From assembly GCF_036321535.1 (NCBI RefSeq), contig NC_087436.1, forward strand, positions 35,528,001 through 35,592,000: a stretch of DNA of 64,000 bases, given 5' to 3'. The first letter of the stretch is position 1, and every line of letters starts with the position of its first letter. Made by a program: the position numbers and the translations under genes. Of this stretch, positions 1-12,820 are shown piece by piece. The stretch is from Camelus dromedarius (Eukaryota). The notes beneath the pieces are model-generated. The model had not been told where the DNA came from, did not search any database, and worked only from the letters and a program-made list of their open reading frames with translations.

Positions 1-689
1 GGCCACTAGGAGAAGCAGCTAGTAGTCTTAACTGAACCTGATGGTTTCAGTCAAAATGGAAAGTATCTTGATAAAAACTTAACCACAAAGAGTGAGGTAT
101 AACAATGTTACCATCATCGGAAACGGAGCCAGGACATCCTTATTTTGTCTGATGTCTTTTTCCAGCCACCAAGCCCTTCCAGGGGGAGACAGTCCCTGTG
201 TGCCCAGCCACGGAACTCCCACAGCCACAAGAGAGGGTCTCAAAGACCCACCTGGAGACGCTGCCCTCAAGCAATGGTCCTCAGGTGAACGTGTGCGGTA
301 CAACCTCCACCAAATCACGTTTGGAGGGGCACTCGCCGACACAGGCACTCCCCTTACTGCCAGGCCCGTGAAAACTCAGTGATAATACAAGAGGGAGTCC
401 AATGCCCTTTGTGGGTTCTTGCTTTAACTTCTTTCTCCCAGCAAAGGCCTTTTTTCCAGATGGACGGGGTTCCACAGAAACCCATTCTGTGACCGTAGGT
501 TCAGCATGAGAGGTTAAAACCCAAGCCTTTTGCTTAAATCGCCAGGAAGAAGAGAGCTGAGATATGTTTCAAAGTTGGGTGACTTTTTGAAACCCTTCCT
601 GGCGGCCGGGCTGCTGTGAACTGCTGCTCTTCTTCAACGGTAACCTTAGTCCTTCACTGTACATACTAGGGTTAAGATTTGAAACACAA

Positions 690-920
690 GCAAAGAAGTC
701 TTTGGATTCACAAAGGCCTGGGTTAAACACCAGCTCCTCCACAGAAAGGCTATGTGCCTCTGAGTAAGTTCCTCGAAGCCTCCATTTCCTCGTCTGTCCA
801 TGAAAGTGATAATAAAGCCCTTTCCTGAGTGATGGTGAGGATTCAAGGAGATAAATGCAGTTAAATCATACCTGCCTCTTAATAAATGTCAACAAATGGT
901 GGCTGTTATCACTATTATTT
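690..920 (+). mobile_element. MIR SINE (degenerate)
   Basis: Matches the recalled MIR core: ctgggttaaacaccagctc...tgagtaagtt...ccatttcctcgtctgtccatgaaagtgataata...gtgaggattcaaggagataa. Boundaries approximate. Confidence 0.7.
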
Positions 921-1063
921 CTCTCAAAGAATTTCCATTCTAGGTTCTGCAGTCTTTCCTGTTCTTCAGGAGTTTTCTCATCTCCTCAAAGAGCCTTGAA
1001 ATCCAGCCTTAGGGTAAGGATCACTGCATCCTGGTCTGAGCACAATTCATAGCCATGTCCATA

Positions 1064-1082
1064 CTGCGCCCTCTAGTGGCAG
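1064..1082 (-). promoter_or_regulatory. CTCF binding motif
   Basis: Minus strand reads TGCCACTAGAGGGCGCAG, essentially the canonical CTCF core CCACYAGRGGGCRC, with its CpG retained. Binding itself is not shown. Confidence 0.75.
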
Positions 1083-1627
1083 CCCAGGGACTAGTTGACG
1101 CTTTGGAGGTGCTTGCTCATGGCCTCCAGGGCGAACAGCAGGGGTGCAAGTCTGCCTGATGATGCCAGGTACATGCTTTCCACTCTCAGTTTCACCCAGG
1201 GCTTGGTTGTAGTGATGCTCACAGAGCACTGATGCGTCCTCAAGTCTGACCAAGGCTTGACTCCATAAGGCAAGACGGGGCAAACCACCGTTAATCACTC
1301 TACCAAGCAGCCTTCACGTTCCAGAAACCAGGGGACTTGGCTACATCGACACATCTCACCTTCACAGGCCCACCTGGGACTATCGGGTGCACAGATGTGC
1401 GTTTTATCTAGAGATAGTCCTGAGTATCTCGTGGTTCTACAACATAGATAACAGATGATAAATAAAACCCTATTAAGTAATAGCTTGAAATTATAACTGC
1501 TCTTGGGCCTGGCTGTTCCAAGGTAGCAAAACCAAAACACTGGTGAAATCATACAAGAGTCATGACAAATGTGTTGACACAAAATTCCAACACAGATGCT
1601 CAGTTCAATACGAGAAGGAGAAATGAG

Positions 1628-1817
1628 AGCTAACGCCTATTTAACCCTCGCCCTGTGTTCAGAGCTGTTCTAAGGGCTTTGCATACATTTGATGATGGAA
1701 CCCTCGAAACAACATGACAAGGCGTTTCTTTTCCCCATATCTCAGATGGGAAAACTGAGACACAAAAGACACTAATAAATTGCCAGAGGTTAATAGCTAC
1801 AAAATGGCAGAATGGAG
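1628..1817 (-). mobile_element. MIR SINE (degenerate)
   Basis: Reverse MIR core ccccatatctcagatgggaaaactgagacaca...taaattgccagaggt...agctacaaaatggcaga. Confidence 0.75.
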
Positions 1818-3629
1818 TGAGTGCCCAATGGCATGAAGAATGCTAAACTGCTTGTCACTGAAAGAAAAAAAAGGACTAAGAAAAAAGACACGTGACATAT
1901 TTTAAAACAAAGCAGACCCCCATCAGTGTAACTGGATGATAACAGTAGGATGGCGAAAGGACTCAGCATGAGGAAGGGAACTTAGAAACTGTTGAAACAA
2001 TCCAATCAGTCGTTCCTTGAAAATTCAGACAGTGGTCAAATCTGAGCTGAAGAACCACTATGAACTCCTCTTGCTCTGGGTCACACTTTGTAAACCCAAG
2101 CCACATCTCCTGACATAAGACTCTAAACATACTTCCTACTAGGAAATACAGGAAAAGTAGCTGCTCTCTTAAGGGTCCTCCTCACCACGCACAGAGATGG
2201 ACAGACATCTCTGTTAGTCATGCCTTGAGAAGTTCCTATTAGGATGAACTTGCTGAGAAGTGATTTAAACAGGCTAAGACACTAACCCTGAAACGTGCCC
2301 TTGGTTAGAGCTTATTCTACTCTGCAAGTGACGGTTATCCAGGTTACGTGTCTCTGGATCTTCTGTTATCAAATTATTTCTTCTTGGCTTGTTACAGGCA
2401 GTCGTGGCAGAGGACCTCTGGCTCAGTACTAACGGTATGGGTTTCAACCCCTGTCCTAAACTAAGTCTGCATTAGGGGAACACAGTCCTTGACTTTCACA
2501 GCTTACAGGAAGTGGGACGTGCCTTATCCTTTCTGTAGTATGCATAGTCCCCAGGAATCCTCTTCTCAGAGATGGGGATGCTCAAGCACCCTCATATGCT
2601 CTCACAAGCCCTGCAGAATCCAGGGCCACCAGAGCTTGCCAGCCATTCATACCACCCCGTCATCTCTCCCCAACAGGAGGCTCTGTAGCCCAGACACTCT
2701 TGACCTACTTCAAGAACTCTAAGCTCCTGCAGGAAAAAGATGTGCACAAATACAGACCAGATGCACAGATCAAATTTAAGAGGAATAGATTATGGACACG
2801 GAACTGTCAGCATGGCCCTCACAATCACATTCCTTCATCCTCCCATGTGGTGTCCACCTGCGGCACAGTGTCAGTGGGGCTGCATTTGGGTCCCCACTTT
2901 CAAAGCTGGTTTTGTGCCTGTGGGGTTTTTTTCAGCTTTGTTTTCAGCAAATGCCTGACCATAGAACTCAAAACCATCTTTTAAAATAAATACTTCTCCT
3001 TTACAAATTTGTCTGTATAAAGGGGAATTGTTTTAGTATCACCATTAGAAAGATTTTGCTTGACCTTGTTTTTTTGTGGGGTTTTTTTGGTTCCTTTTAC
3101 CATTAACAACATAATAAAGATTGTATCAGGACAACTACAGAAACACAGTATTTTACTTTTAAAACTACTCTCCCAAATGGAAATGCTTCCCATGAAATAT
3201 GTACCAAACTTTTCTGAATACAGCCTCAAATTTTTTTCATGTAAATAAAACAATACAAAGAAGCAGAGGTACTGAACTAAGCGATAAGAACCTGAGTCAA
3301 TTCTCAGGTTCACCTTGGACAAGAGAATACACGCCCCTTGTGCTAACCAGGCATCCTGCCTCTTCCCCATCCACGAAGAATGGGAAGCAATTCAAACAAT
3401 CTACTCAGTTGTTCATGAAAAGAACATAGAGGGGAAAGATTCAGAACAGCTCTTCCAGGTTCAGTGCCAGGCTCTCCTAGCGACATTGCTGCTAGAAGCT
3501 TAGAACCTGAATCTTAACGCAATTTACCAAGAATGAAAGAACAGAAACAAATCGGCCACTCTAAACCCATCAAACAAATTGAAAGTTTCCTTCACTGGTA
3601 GTAATCAGTCACTCTATTCTGCTTTAAAT

Positions 3630-3935
3630 AATCTAAAATCCATCTTCTTTCCTCTATTCCCAACTATTGCGGCCTTAGTTCAGGCCCTCAGTACTTCTTG
3701 TCTAGATAATTACAATGGCCTCATGCTTATTCTTCCTGCCAGCCGACTTGACCCCTCCAAACCATTCTCCCACAATGATCTTCATGTAGCATAAACCTAA
3801 TAATGTTACGAATACTTCAATGGCTCCCATAACCTTGTGGATAAATTTCAAACATGGTATCATGGTATCTAAGGGACTTAATGAAGCACACGGTGCCTAT
3901 TTCTTCAGTCTTACCTCCTGGCCCTCCTTAAGCTG
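3630..3935 (+). mobile_element. L2 LINE fragment
   Basis: L2-like text ttagttcaggccctcagtacttcttgtctagataattacaatggcctc...cttcaatggctccca...ggataaatttcaaac. Confidence 0.65.
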
Positions 3936-4164
3936 ACTGGCTCTTTTAGTGAGGACCTTGACACTGGGATGGGCAACAAGTAGCCGGAGCCAGAGGGCAA
4001 GCAGTAAAACACATCCAAGGATCAAAAGTGTTACACGTCAGACAGCCCCCAAAGCACTTCGAAAAAAAGGATCAATGAGATGCTTAAGGTGCCTATGCAT
4101 AGAACCTAGGAGACGGTGGGGGATAAAAAAATGAGGTTAAAAATAGAGAGGAGACTCAAGCGCA

Positions 4165-4320
4165 CAGAATGAGTAAGTTCCGAAAATCTGCTGTACAACA
4201 TCGTCCCTATAATTAACAATATTGCATTATACACTTAAAATTTTGTTAAGAGGACAGATCTCACATTAAATGTTCTTACCACAAGAGGATAAAATAAAAA
4301 TAATACAATAAAAAATAAAG
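4165..4320 (+). mobile_element. L1 3' terminal fragment (L1MA-like)
   Basis: taagttccgaaaatctgctgtacaacat...aattaacaatattgcattatacacttaaaattttgttaagaggacagatctcacattaaatgttcttaccac followed by an A-rich tail. Confidence 0.75.
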
Positions 4321-5094
4321 AATGGAAAGGCAGTAAATCTAAGAGACAGCGGACCTTTGCCCACCCAAGGCCACGCTGGTTCCTTTAACTAAAGCACTTT
4401 TCCTCTTGCTTTCTCCTCACCTGGTTGACCTCAAGACTCATCGCCTATATCAAAATCTCCGAGGAAAATTCCCCAAACTCTTAGCTGAATTGTATCACTT
4501 GTATGTTCTCCTTAATTCTCTGCTTCTCCTTATTTCAATACCCCTTTCCTCCTGCTAACTGCCGTTTCTTATGGGCATAACAGAGCCAGAATTCTATTTT
4601 GTGTGTGTGCGCACATGTGTGTGCTTCTCACACGTAAGTGTGACGAGAATACACGACCCGTTCTGGTGGTGGAAGGATATCTCACTATCTTCATCTTGCC
4701 TGACAAATACAGGTGAAGATAAACTTTTTACATATCACTGACTAGCTTTTACATTATCACTGCCAACTATGTGCGTGCAGAAAAATAAATGTTTGAAAAA
4801 TAGCAATGCAAGTATTGAAGTCAACAGTAAAGTCAGGGGAAAAAAACATTGTAAATGGAGTCATTTCCAAAGCTGGGAGCATTTAATGCTGAAGTGTATC
4901 CTGCCATCTGAAGTTTTGTTTCCATGAAGAACAGGCGTGAAACCATAATAAAATGTACAAATATTCTAAACTCTTTCTTTGGACCTCCCCTTTCATCGCA
5001 ACAGCTACCTCCCAAAAGGGGTTCGGGATGTCCATACACCCGAGACCTGTGCCTGAGGCAGCAACCTCCATCACAATGACAATTCCCGAGAGTG

Positions 5095-5235
5095 ATACTT
5101 TTCAAAATGTAATACATGTAAGAATCACCAAGATCTTCCTAAAATGCAGATTTCTGTTTTGTAAGTCTGAAAAGGAGGTCCTGACTTTGTATTTCTGACA
5201 AGCTCCCAGGTGGTACTGCTGATCCACGATCCATA
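5095..5235. mobile_element. MER5A-like hAT-Charlie DNA transposon relic
   Basis: agaatcacc...aaaatgcagattt...tgtatttctgacaagctcccaggtggtactg motifs typical of MER5A. Confidence 0.55.
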
Positions 5236-5344
5236 CATACATACATACATACAGTAGCAAAGGTCTGAGTCCAAAAGACAATCACTCAGGATCAGGGTCA
5301 GGCTAACATCACGCCTTGCTTCCCAGGATTTCACTTCTCTAAAC

Positions 5345-5501
5345 AGAGGAGATCAGAGTAAGGGAGGCACACAGAGTGCAAAATTTAAAGAGGCGCTCAG
5401 TCTCAGGGGTTGACCCTGTACTTGTACGCTCCAGAGAGTGAATGCCTCCTTAAATTTTGCACCCTAGGAACCTCTCTAGCCTGGCTCTAGTCCTGACCCT
5501 G
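5345..5501. mobile_element. MER96-like palindromic hAT MITE
   Basis: Internal inverted repeat gtgcaaaatttaaagaggcgctcagtctc / gagagtgaatgcctccttaaattttgcac; ends ctagtcctgaccctg like the recalled MER96 terminus. Confidence 0.7.
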
Positions 5502-5964
5502 CGTGATAGCTAAGACAAGAATCATAATGAATTAGGGTATTGAGATTTCAAGAAGGAAAAAGAAATGCCGAACAGGAGAAGGGAGATTGAGAATGTGACA
5601 TAACTTTCATCCACTCAGAATTATAATGGCTATAACTCTTCCTCAACCCCTGCAGTGCCTGGGAGCACAGGAAAGGAAGAAGTCACTCTGCTTCTCCAGA
5701 ACAGTAAGCATTATCATAGTAGCTGAGTATTGCAGAAGGTAACAGTATTTCTTTTTTTTTTCTTAAGTGGCACAGAATTTATACTTAAGCCATTAAATAT
5801 TTCATATCGACTGAAGAAATTTTTCACTGTGCTCTCAAACAACAACTTATTTTCTAAGTAACTGAAATGAAAGAATTTAATCAAAATCAAAAAATTCAAG
5901 AAAGGACAGTAATTAAGAATCGTGTTTAATTCTTTGATGGTTATGAGTTCTGCCACTTAAAAAT

Positions 5965-6205
5965 TATATATATAAGAGTGCAATAATATGGAAAAGGATC
6001 AGAATGCAATATTAAGTGAAAAATATATATGCTATAAAATTTTATTTGCAATATGAATACAATTATTTTTTGAAAAGTTATACATATAAAAAATAACAAT
6101 TAACATTTAAATTTCAACTAGTGGTTTCCTTTGAGTAGCAGAATTATGCTTGATTTGTTTTTCTTCCTTCATGCCCTTTTTTAATAAGCATGTGTGACTT
6201 TTTAA
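5965..6205 (+). mobile_element. Old L1 (L1ME-like) 3' end fragment
   Basis: atatggaaaagga...aatattaagtgaaaaa...ctagtggtttcctttgagtagcagaattatgcttgattt...aataagcatgtgtgacttt pattern. Confidence 0.5.
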
Positions 6206-6249
6206 AATTAAAATATTTATGTATTATCAAAGTGAATCACATCTAAGTT

Positions 6250-6890
6250 TTACTTACAGGAGATTTGATCAACAGAGAATCCAACAGCTCATTTGTCAGT
6301 TATTAAGAATTTTTACAAAGTCAGTTCTCATATTAAATTTATAGAATTAAGCATCAACTAGAATAATCATTACTCTAGACCAAGTTTTAATCAACAAGGC
6401 AAGGAAATATTTTAGGCAAAGTTAAAGCAGAAACTTGTCACCTTTAGAGTTCATGAAAGTCAAAGAAAGAAACATAAGACATATTCAGGTAATGGCCTTA
6501 GACTTCAAAAAAGCAGATGCTGAAAAAAATTTTTTTAATTAAACCACAAAAATATACCTGATTCTGCAACATTCGACTCTGAAACATGAAGGCAGCTCAA
6601 GAGGGTTAGGAATGGTCAAAATAACTCTGGTGACTGGAAGCAGAGAGCTCAGACCATGATGGGATGAAGCAGTGGGTGGAATGCAACATCTAACTGAATC
6701 TTAGAGGCAGTCAGAGTGAAATTTTCAAGAAGCTACAAGTAGGATTCTCATATAATTATAGAACAGGTGTCAAAGTCTTATTTAACTCAAAAGTGAGGGG
6801 ACCAATAAGAGGATAAGCTGGTTCAAAGAGCACTTGAAGAATTAGATATCCACAAACATTTGCAAAAGATAAATTTAGAACAGAATTGCC
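6250..6890 (+). mobile_element. Probable CR1/L3 LINE ORF2 remnant
   Basis: ttagacttcaaaaaagcagat (LDFKKAD) near 6500 resembles the CR1 ORF2 LDFRKADF motif; the rest is highly degenerate. Confidence 0.35.
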
Positions 6891-6907
6891 AGTTGGGTAC
6901 AAAACTA

Positions 6908-8815
6908 CTAACAACGAAATAACAGAAAAAGAAAATAAAGAAATAGTCCCTTTTAAAATTGCATCCAAAAAAATAAAATACTTAGGAATAAATCTGACCA
7001 AGGAAGTGAAAGATCTATACACAGAGAACTACAAATCACTGACTAAGAAAATTAGAGATGACTTAGAAAAATAGAAAGTTATTCCAAAGTTCTTGAATTG
7101 GAAGAATTAATGTTGTTAAAATGTTCATACTACCCAAAGCAATCTACAGATTTAATGTGATCCCTATCAAATTACCCAGGACATTTTTCACAGAAGTAGA
7201 ACAAATAATCCTAAAACTAATATGGAATAAGAAAAGGCCTAGAATTGCAAAAGCAATACTGAAGAAAAAGAATGAAGCTGGAAGAATAACTCTCCCAGAC
7301 TTCAGACAATACTATGGAGCTACAGTAATCAAAACAGCATGGTATTGGCACAAAAACAGACATATAGATCAATGGAATAGAACAGAGAGCCCAGAAATAA
7401 ACTCACAAACTTTTGGTCAATTAATCTTTGACAAAGGAGGCAAGAACATACAATGGAGTAAAGACAGTCTCTTCAGCAAATGGTGTTGGGATAACTGGAC
7501 AGCTGCATGTAAATCAATGGTTAAAATTCTCCCTCACACCATATACAAAAATAAACTCAAAACGGCTTAAAGACTTAAACATAACACAAGTCACAATAAA
7601 CCTCTTAGTAGAAAACATAGGCAAAACATTATCTGGCATAAATCTTAGCAATGTTCTCCAAGGGCAGTCTACACAGACAATAAAAATAAAAGCAAAAATA
7701 AACAAATGGAATCTAATTAAACTTATAAGCTTTTTCATAGCAAAGAAAACCATAAGCAAAACAAAAAGACAATCTACGGAATGGGAGAAAATATTTGCAA
7801 AAGATGAAACTGACAAGGGCTTAACTTCCAGAATATATAAACAGCTCATACAACTTACTAATAAAAAAAACCTCAATCCAAAGATGGGCAGAAGACCTAA
7901 ACATGCAATTCTCCAATGAAGGCATACAAATGTGCAATAGGCACATGGAAAAATGCTCAACATTGCTAATTTCAGAGAAATGCAAATCAAAACTACAATG
8001 AAGTATCACCTCACACCAGTCAGAACAGCCATCACTCAAAAGTCCACAAACGATAAATGTTGGAGAGGATGTGGAGAAAGGGGAACACTGTTGGTGGGAA
8101 TGTAGTTGGTGCAACCATTATGGAAAACAGTATGGAGTTTCCTCAAAAGACTAAAAATAGACTTACCATTTAATCCAGCAATCCCACTCCTAGGCATATG
8201 TTCAGAGGAAACCTTAATTCAAAAAGCTACATGTACCCCAATGTTCATAGCAGCACTATTTACAATAGCCAAGACATGGAAACAACCTAAATGTCCATCA
8301 ACATATAACTGGATAAAGAAGCTGTGATATATTTATACAATGGAATACTATTCAGCCATTAAAAAAATAGCATACTGCCATTTGCAGCAACATGAATGAA
8401 CCCCGGAGATTGTCATTCTAAGTAAAGTAAGCCAGACAGAGAATGAAAAATACCACGTTATCAATTAAATGTGGAATCTAAAAAAAGACAAATGAACTTA
8501 TTTACAAAACAGAAACAGAGTCACAGGCATAGAAAACAAACTTATGGTTACCAGGGTGGGAGTAGGAAGGGATAAATTGGGAGTTTGAGATTTGCAGATA
8601 CTAACTACTATATATAAAATAAATAACAAGTTTATACTGTACAGAACAGGAACTATATTTAATATCTTGTAATAACCTATAATGAAAAAGAATATGAAAA
8701 TGAATATATGTGTATGTATGGCTGAACTATTATGCTATACACCAGAAATTGACACAACATTGTAAACTGACTATACTTCAATAAAGAAATAAATAATAAA
8801 ATTAAATTAAAAAAA
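6908..8815 (+). mobile_element. 5'-truncated lineage-specific LINE-1 (ORF2 C-terminal part plus 3'UTR and A-rich tail), disrupted
   Basis: ORF track gives L1 ORF2 peptides ([28 protein letters not shown]...[20 protein letters not shown]...PAIPLLGI...[21 protein letters not shown]) split by stops and frameshifts; AATAAA and A-rich tail at about 8780-8815. Confidence 0.97.
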
Positions 8816-8819
8816 TCAA

Positions 8820-8935
8820 ATCAACTGGAACCTTGATCTTAAGACTTCTGGCCTCCAAAACTGTAAAAAATTGATTTCTGTCATTTAAGCCACCCAGGCT
8901 GGTATTTTGTTACACAGCCAGAGCTGACTAAGACA
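8820..8935 (+). mobile_element. MLT1 (ERVL-MaLR) LTR 3' fragment
   Basis: accttgatcttaagacttctggcctccaaaactgt...tttctgtcatttaagccaccca...ggtattttgttacacagcc...gactaagaca is the typical MLT1 LTR 3' end. Confidence 0.85.
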
Positions 8936-11274
8936 GTGGGCATAGACCAAAACCAGCCAATCTTCCCTGCAATTTTGTCCAGCAGACCTCTACTGTCGAA
9001 CCCGATTCCAACTTCTGGTCATTGACACTTCCTGCCCATGTTGATATCATTAGTGACTGCATAAGAGGAACTTGCTGTGATTTGCACCCCCTCAGCTTAG
9101 CCCACCCCACAAGCTCATGACATAAGAGCCACTCGGAGAAAATCCATTTTCTTTTCACAAACTTTTGTTAGTCATCACCAGATTGCTTTTGCTCCTGAGT
9201 TCTCCCATTTGGGGTACCAGTAGATTCCTGAGGCCTCTACCTTTCCTCTGGTTTACCAGTCTAAGTCTCAGGCCTGCAGCCAATAAGCCCATATCTGCTG
9301 GACTGTCTGTGTGAAACCAGTGCAGTCTGTGTGTAGACGGTCCTCTTCACAGGAACTGGTCATGAAGTGGACCACCAGCTCTCCCATGGCCAAGGGATCA
9401 GGAGAGGAAGCAGAAAGTCAATCTCCAGACAAGTCAACCATTACACACCCTGGAAAATGTAAGAGGTCTGGCCTGCCACTAGCTTATTGGGGTTTATTTT
9501 TTCCCCTCTTTATGCCTACCTAAAACCCTTAAACTCCTCACTTTTCGCATATCTGGAGGCTAATCCCATGTGAGAAACTCTTAGAAAAACAAGTGTGACA
9601 GCTCTGCTTGAGGCCCAGAAAGAAGGCTCTTTCTGAAAGGGGCCCTCTGGTTGTTTTCCCAGGTAAGATGTGTAAGGCTTGATCCCTGTTGCCTGAATTC
9701 CTTTCTCACCACACCCAAGGTCATTTTAATGAAAATTCCAAAGTCCAAGCCAAGAGGATAGAATTGCTCTTAATCCTTCAGCACTGCCGTCATTTGATCC
9801 CTAGACCCGCTGGGGTGATTACTGTGTGTCTGCAGAGCACGGCTCAGCAGACAGGACAAGGAAGTGGCCACAAGTGCAGGAGGTTGGCTTCCTGACCCTT
9901 ATTTCTGTGTTGATGTGCTGTTGTTGCTTCTCAAGACCCAGTGGCTTATAGCCCCTCCCCGCCACCAACCTTTCTTCTATCACCCCAAGGTAATGCAGAC
10001 TGTCCTAACGATTCTTCCCCTCAGAGAAGTCCACAAACTCCACTGATATTCTGTTACTATGATACCTTTTCTTGAGAAAGTTGAATCAGAATACAATTCA
10101 TTTTCTGGTTGTCTGTTGCCCCAAGAGAGTTTGTGTGGACCACGCAATTATTCTTCTCCACATCCTTATATCGGTGACTGAGCACTTCGTGAGAATTTTG
10201 AAAAACTGTGCTGTGCCAAGAAATGGAAAATGAAAGAAACAACTTGGGTGCATTTTCAAAAGTTTTCATTTGTTTTTATTTTCTTTCTAACTTCCTGAGT
10301 GATGAGGGACCGAGAGAGCTGACGACCAAATGTCTGCGACGTTCTGGGACCCCTGTGCCCCCGGAGCCTGATACGTGCACATTCTCCAGGGCTGCAAGGA
10401 CTGACCGTCAGTCCCGGCCCTTCCTGATGAGCAGACTGAGCCGCAGCCTCCAGCTTCCTGTCACGCTGAACTCTGGAGGCCAACCTGCTGCCAGCCTCCA
10501 GCAAACCTGCCAAAGTCATCTGCTCTGGTCTTTTCTTAACTCTGAGATTAAAAGGGTAGATCCTGCCCTACAACTGGCTGAATGGAAGGGAGCGGGGGGA
10601 AGCTCTGCTTCCGGGTGTAAAACACACTCCTTTCTTTTCAAGCCCTAGAGGCAAACATGCGTAGGGAGTATTCCTCTCACAGGAAGAAAAACAACAACAA
10701 CAAATTTTCTTTCTATTAAAATACGCAGGTTTAAAAAAGATTGGAAGATTTAGAGAGTTTTGGGAACTGAAAATCTAAGTAAAGATAAAATCTGAAGAAT
10801 GATCATTGTAAATAAATGAGTTATGAGTTAAACATAATAGGAATTTACTTCAAGCTGCTACAGATGGCGTGATTAAGCTTTTTGCTTTTCTAAGAAATAC
10901 CCCTAACTTCCTTAAGGGAAAGTGAGAATTTTTAGATTTTACTTTAATTCTTGCAGAAAAAAAGAAAGTTTAAAAAACAAAAAACAGTATTATTTAGAAG
11001 TTTTACCAAGAACACAAAAGGTAACTATCCCAGAGGACACTCTCTAAACATCACTGCCGGTCCCCTTGCCTCAATCTGCACCTGTGTGTACACATGGAAC
11101 AGTGAAGTCACTTCAATTATACCACCACTGCGGTTCTCAGACTTTTTCAGGAAAGCCAAGATAATCCTCTCCATATAATTGTTGGCACCATACATAACCT
11201 CCTAAATAAACCAATAAATGTTTTAACATTCTTTGACAGTTTCCACATCCTACACTGCCTTACCTAGTACTCCA

Positions 11275-11530
11275 AACTCCCTGTGAGACGTGGCTTTACT
11301 TTCCCTGTATTTCAGAGAGGGAACTGAGGTTTTTGAAGGTAAGGAAAATAAGGAAATGGAGGAAGGACTAGAACTCAGGGCTTCTGATTCTGAATCTTCA
11401 GTCCTACCTCTGTGACCACTCACAGGCCATCTGGCCTGGGGTACCTTGGATAACGCATCTAGGTTTGGATTGCTGTGTTGCAAAAAGGGTGAGAAGGAGA
11501 AGAAAGTCGAGGAGGGCTGAACCAGTTGAT
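11275..11530. mobile_element. MIR fragments, apparently two in opposite orientations
   Basis: ccctgtatttcagagagggaactgagg (reverse core) followed by tgaatcttcagtcctacctctg...gtaccttggataac (forward-like). Confidence 0.45.
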
Positions 11531-12604
11531 GTGTGCAGTCTCTTAGTTTCTACAGTTCCAGAAATCCAAGAGCCTTCTCAGGACACCTGACTGGCATGGC
11601 TTCCACTCTGGTTTCTTGAGAATAGTCAATAATGCCTTTCTACCTCTGCTTTCTATAAGCAAGAAGTCAACTGAAGTCACCATAACTTTGGAGATTTCCA
11701 CCAATTGGCAAATTCCCATCGTACAGGAAGGCTGTTGCCCTTCTCAAAACCTCTGCAGATCTGTGTGGCTTATGCGTTACAGTCTATGTCAGTGTTTTTG
11801 TTCCCACTGAAATTGAGGCTTCACTCTAACCTCTAGCAGCAATTATTTCCATTTTTCCAATGAAGACTCACATGTAAGTCACCAACCCCTCTCCAATTCC
11901 CCTCCCTCCCTCCCCCAGACGCTACTCATTGAAAGCACTGGGAGTATCTCTCTGGCAGATATTAATGAGGCTTAAGTTCAACAAAGCAGGTGGCCTCGCA
12001 GCACTTTATAACACAGCCTCTTCTTACAAGTACCCTGCCACCCCAGCCCACACTGCATTCTCAGGGGCTGGCAGATCTCGGCTACCCCTTTCCAGATGCC
12101 ATGCTGCTCAAACCGTCCAGCACCACCGCCACCACCAGGGAAGGCGAAATAGAGGACTGGCCATTCTCATTCAAAGGACACAACAAGGAAATTTTCTAAA
12201 CAAAAAGCCATCACCTCCAGTTAATAAGTGCTTCCCTCCTTTGGGGCAGACGGCGGTGTAATCAGCGGTGTTTTTAGGTAACATTTTTTTCTCTTTGTCA
12301 CACTGATGTCAACTGATGTGGTGGAGCAGAAAGAGTACTTGGCCTGCAGCCCAGCCCTGCTTTTGCACCTGGATCTCAGCTTCCTTGTTGAAGAAGAAGG
12401 GGCCCAGAAAAGAACAGATTCTGAACTTCTTGTTCACAGTGTATAACACGCCCATCAAATCTGAGACTCCTGGGGAGGAGGGGAAGACTGCAGCGCTGGC
12501 CAAGGGCAGCAGGTGACAGCAGTTACTGAGAGCAAGGACGGGGAGCCAGAGGAGCCCCCGCAGCTCTGGGCAAGGAAGCTAGGCATGGTCATGCCTGGAG
12601 GGAA

Positions 12605-12820
12605 GTCTGATAACCGGGTCCTAATCCCAGCTCTACCTTACTCTCAGAATGTTGATTTTAGTCAAATTGCCTAACTTGCTGAGGTCTCATTTTACTCATC
12701 TGTGTAAACATATGTAATTTTGGCTCCATTTATCTCATAGGGTTTATGTGTGATTGAAATTGGGTAATATATGTGAAATCTTTAAATATGTTATATAAAA
12801 TCTTTATCATTTCTTATCAG
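12605..12820 (+). mobile_element. MIR SINE
   Basis: gggtcctaatcccagctctacc...gtcaaattgcctaacttgctgaggtctcattttactcatctgtgtaaa...tctcatagggtt. Confidence 0.7.

Noticed and set aside
5345..5501. Long hairpin as a possible miRNA precursor
   Set aside because: Explained by the palindromic structure of a MER96-like MITE. I recognised no known mature miRNA.
6886..8327. ORFs of 62-163 aa with retrotransposon protein similarity
   Set aside because: They are frameshifted pieces of a 5'-truncated L1 ORF2, not a host gene. The antisense ORFs are their mirror images.
9650..9670. Plus-strand ttttcccag|gtaaga juxtaposed splice motif (a similar weaker one lies near 14855)
   Set aside because: It is isolated and on the strand opposite most other signals. 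It shows that such motifs arise by chance.
10208..10648. 146-aa ORF
   Set aside because: No recognisable domain, a non-ATG annotated start and no convincing exon boundaries. The length is explained by local GC richness.
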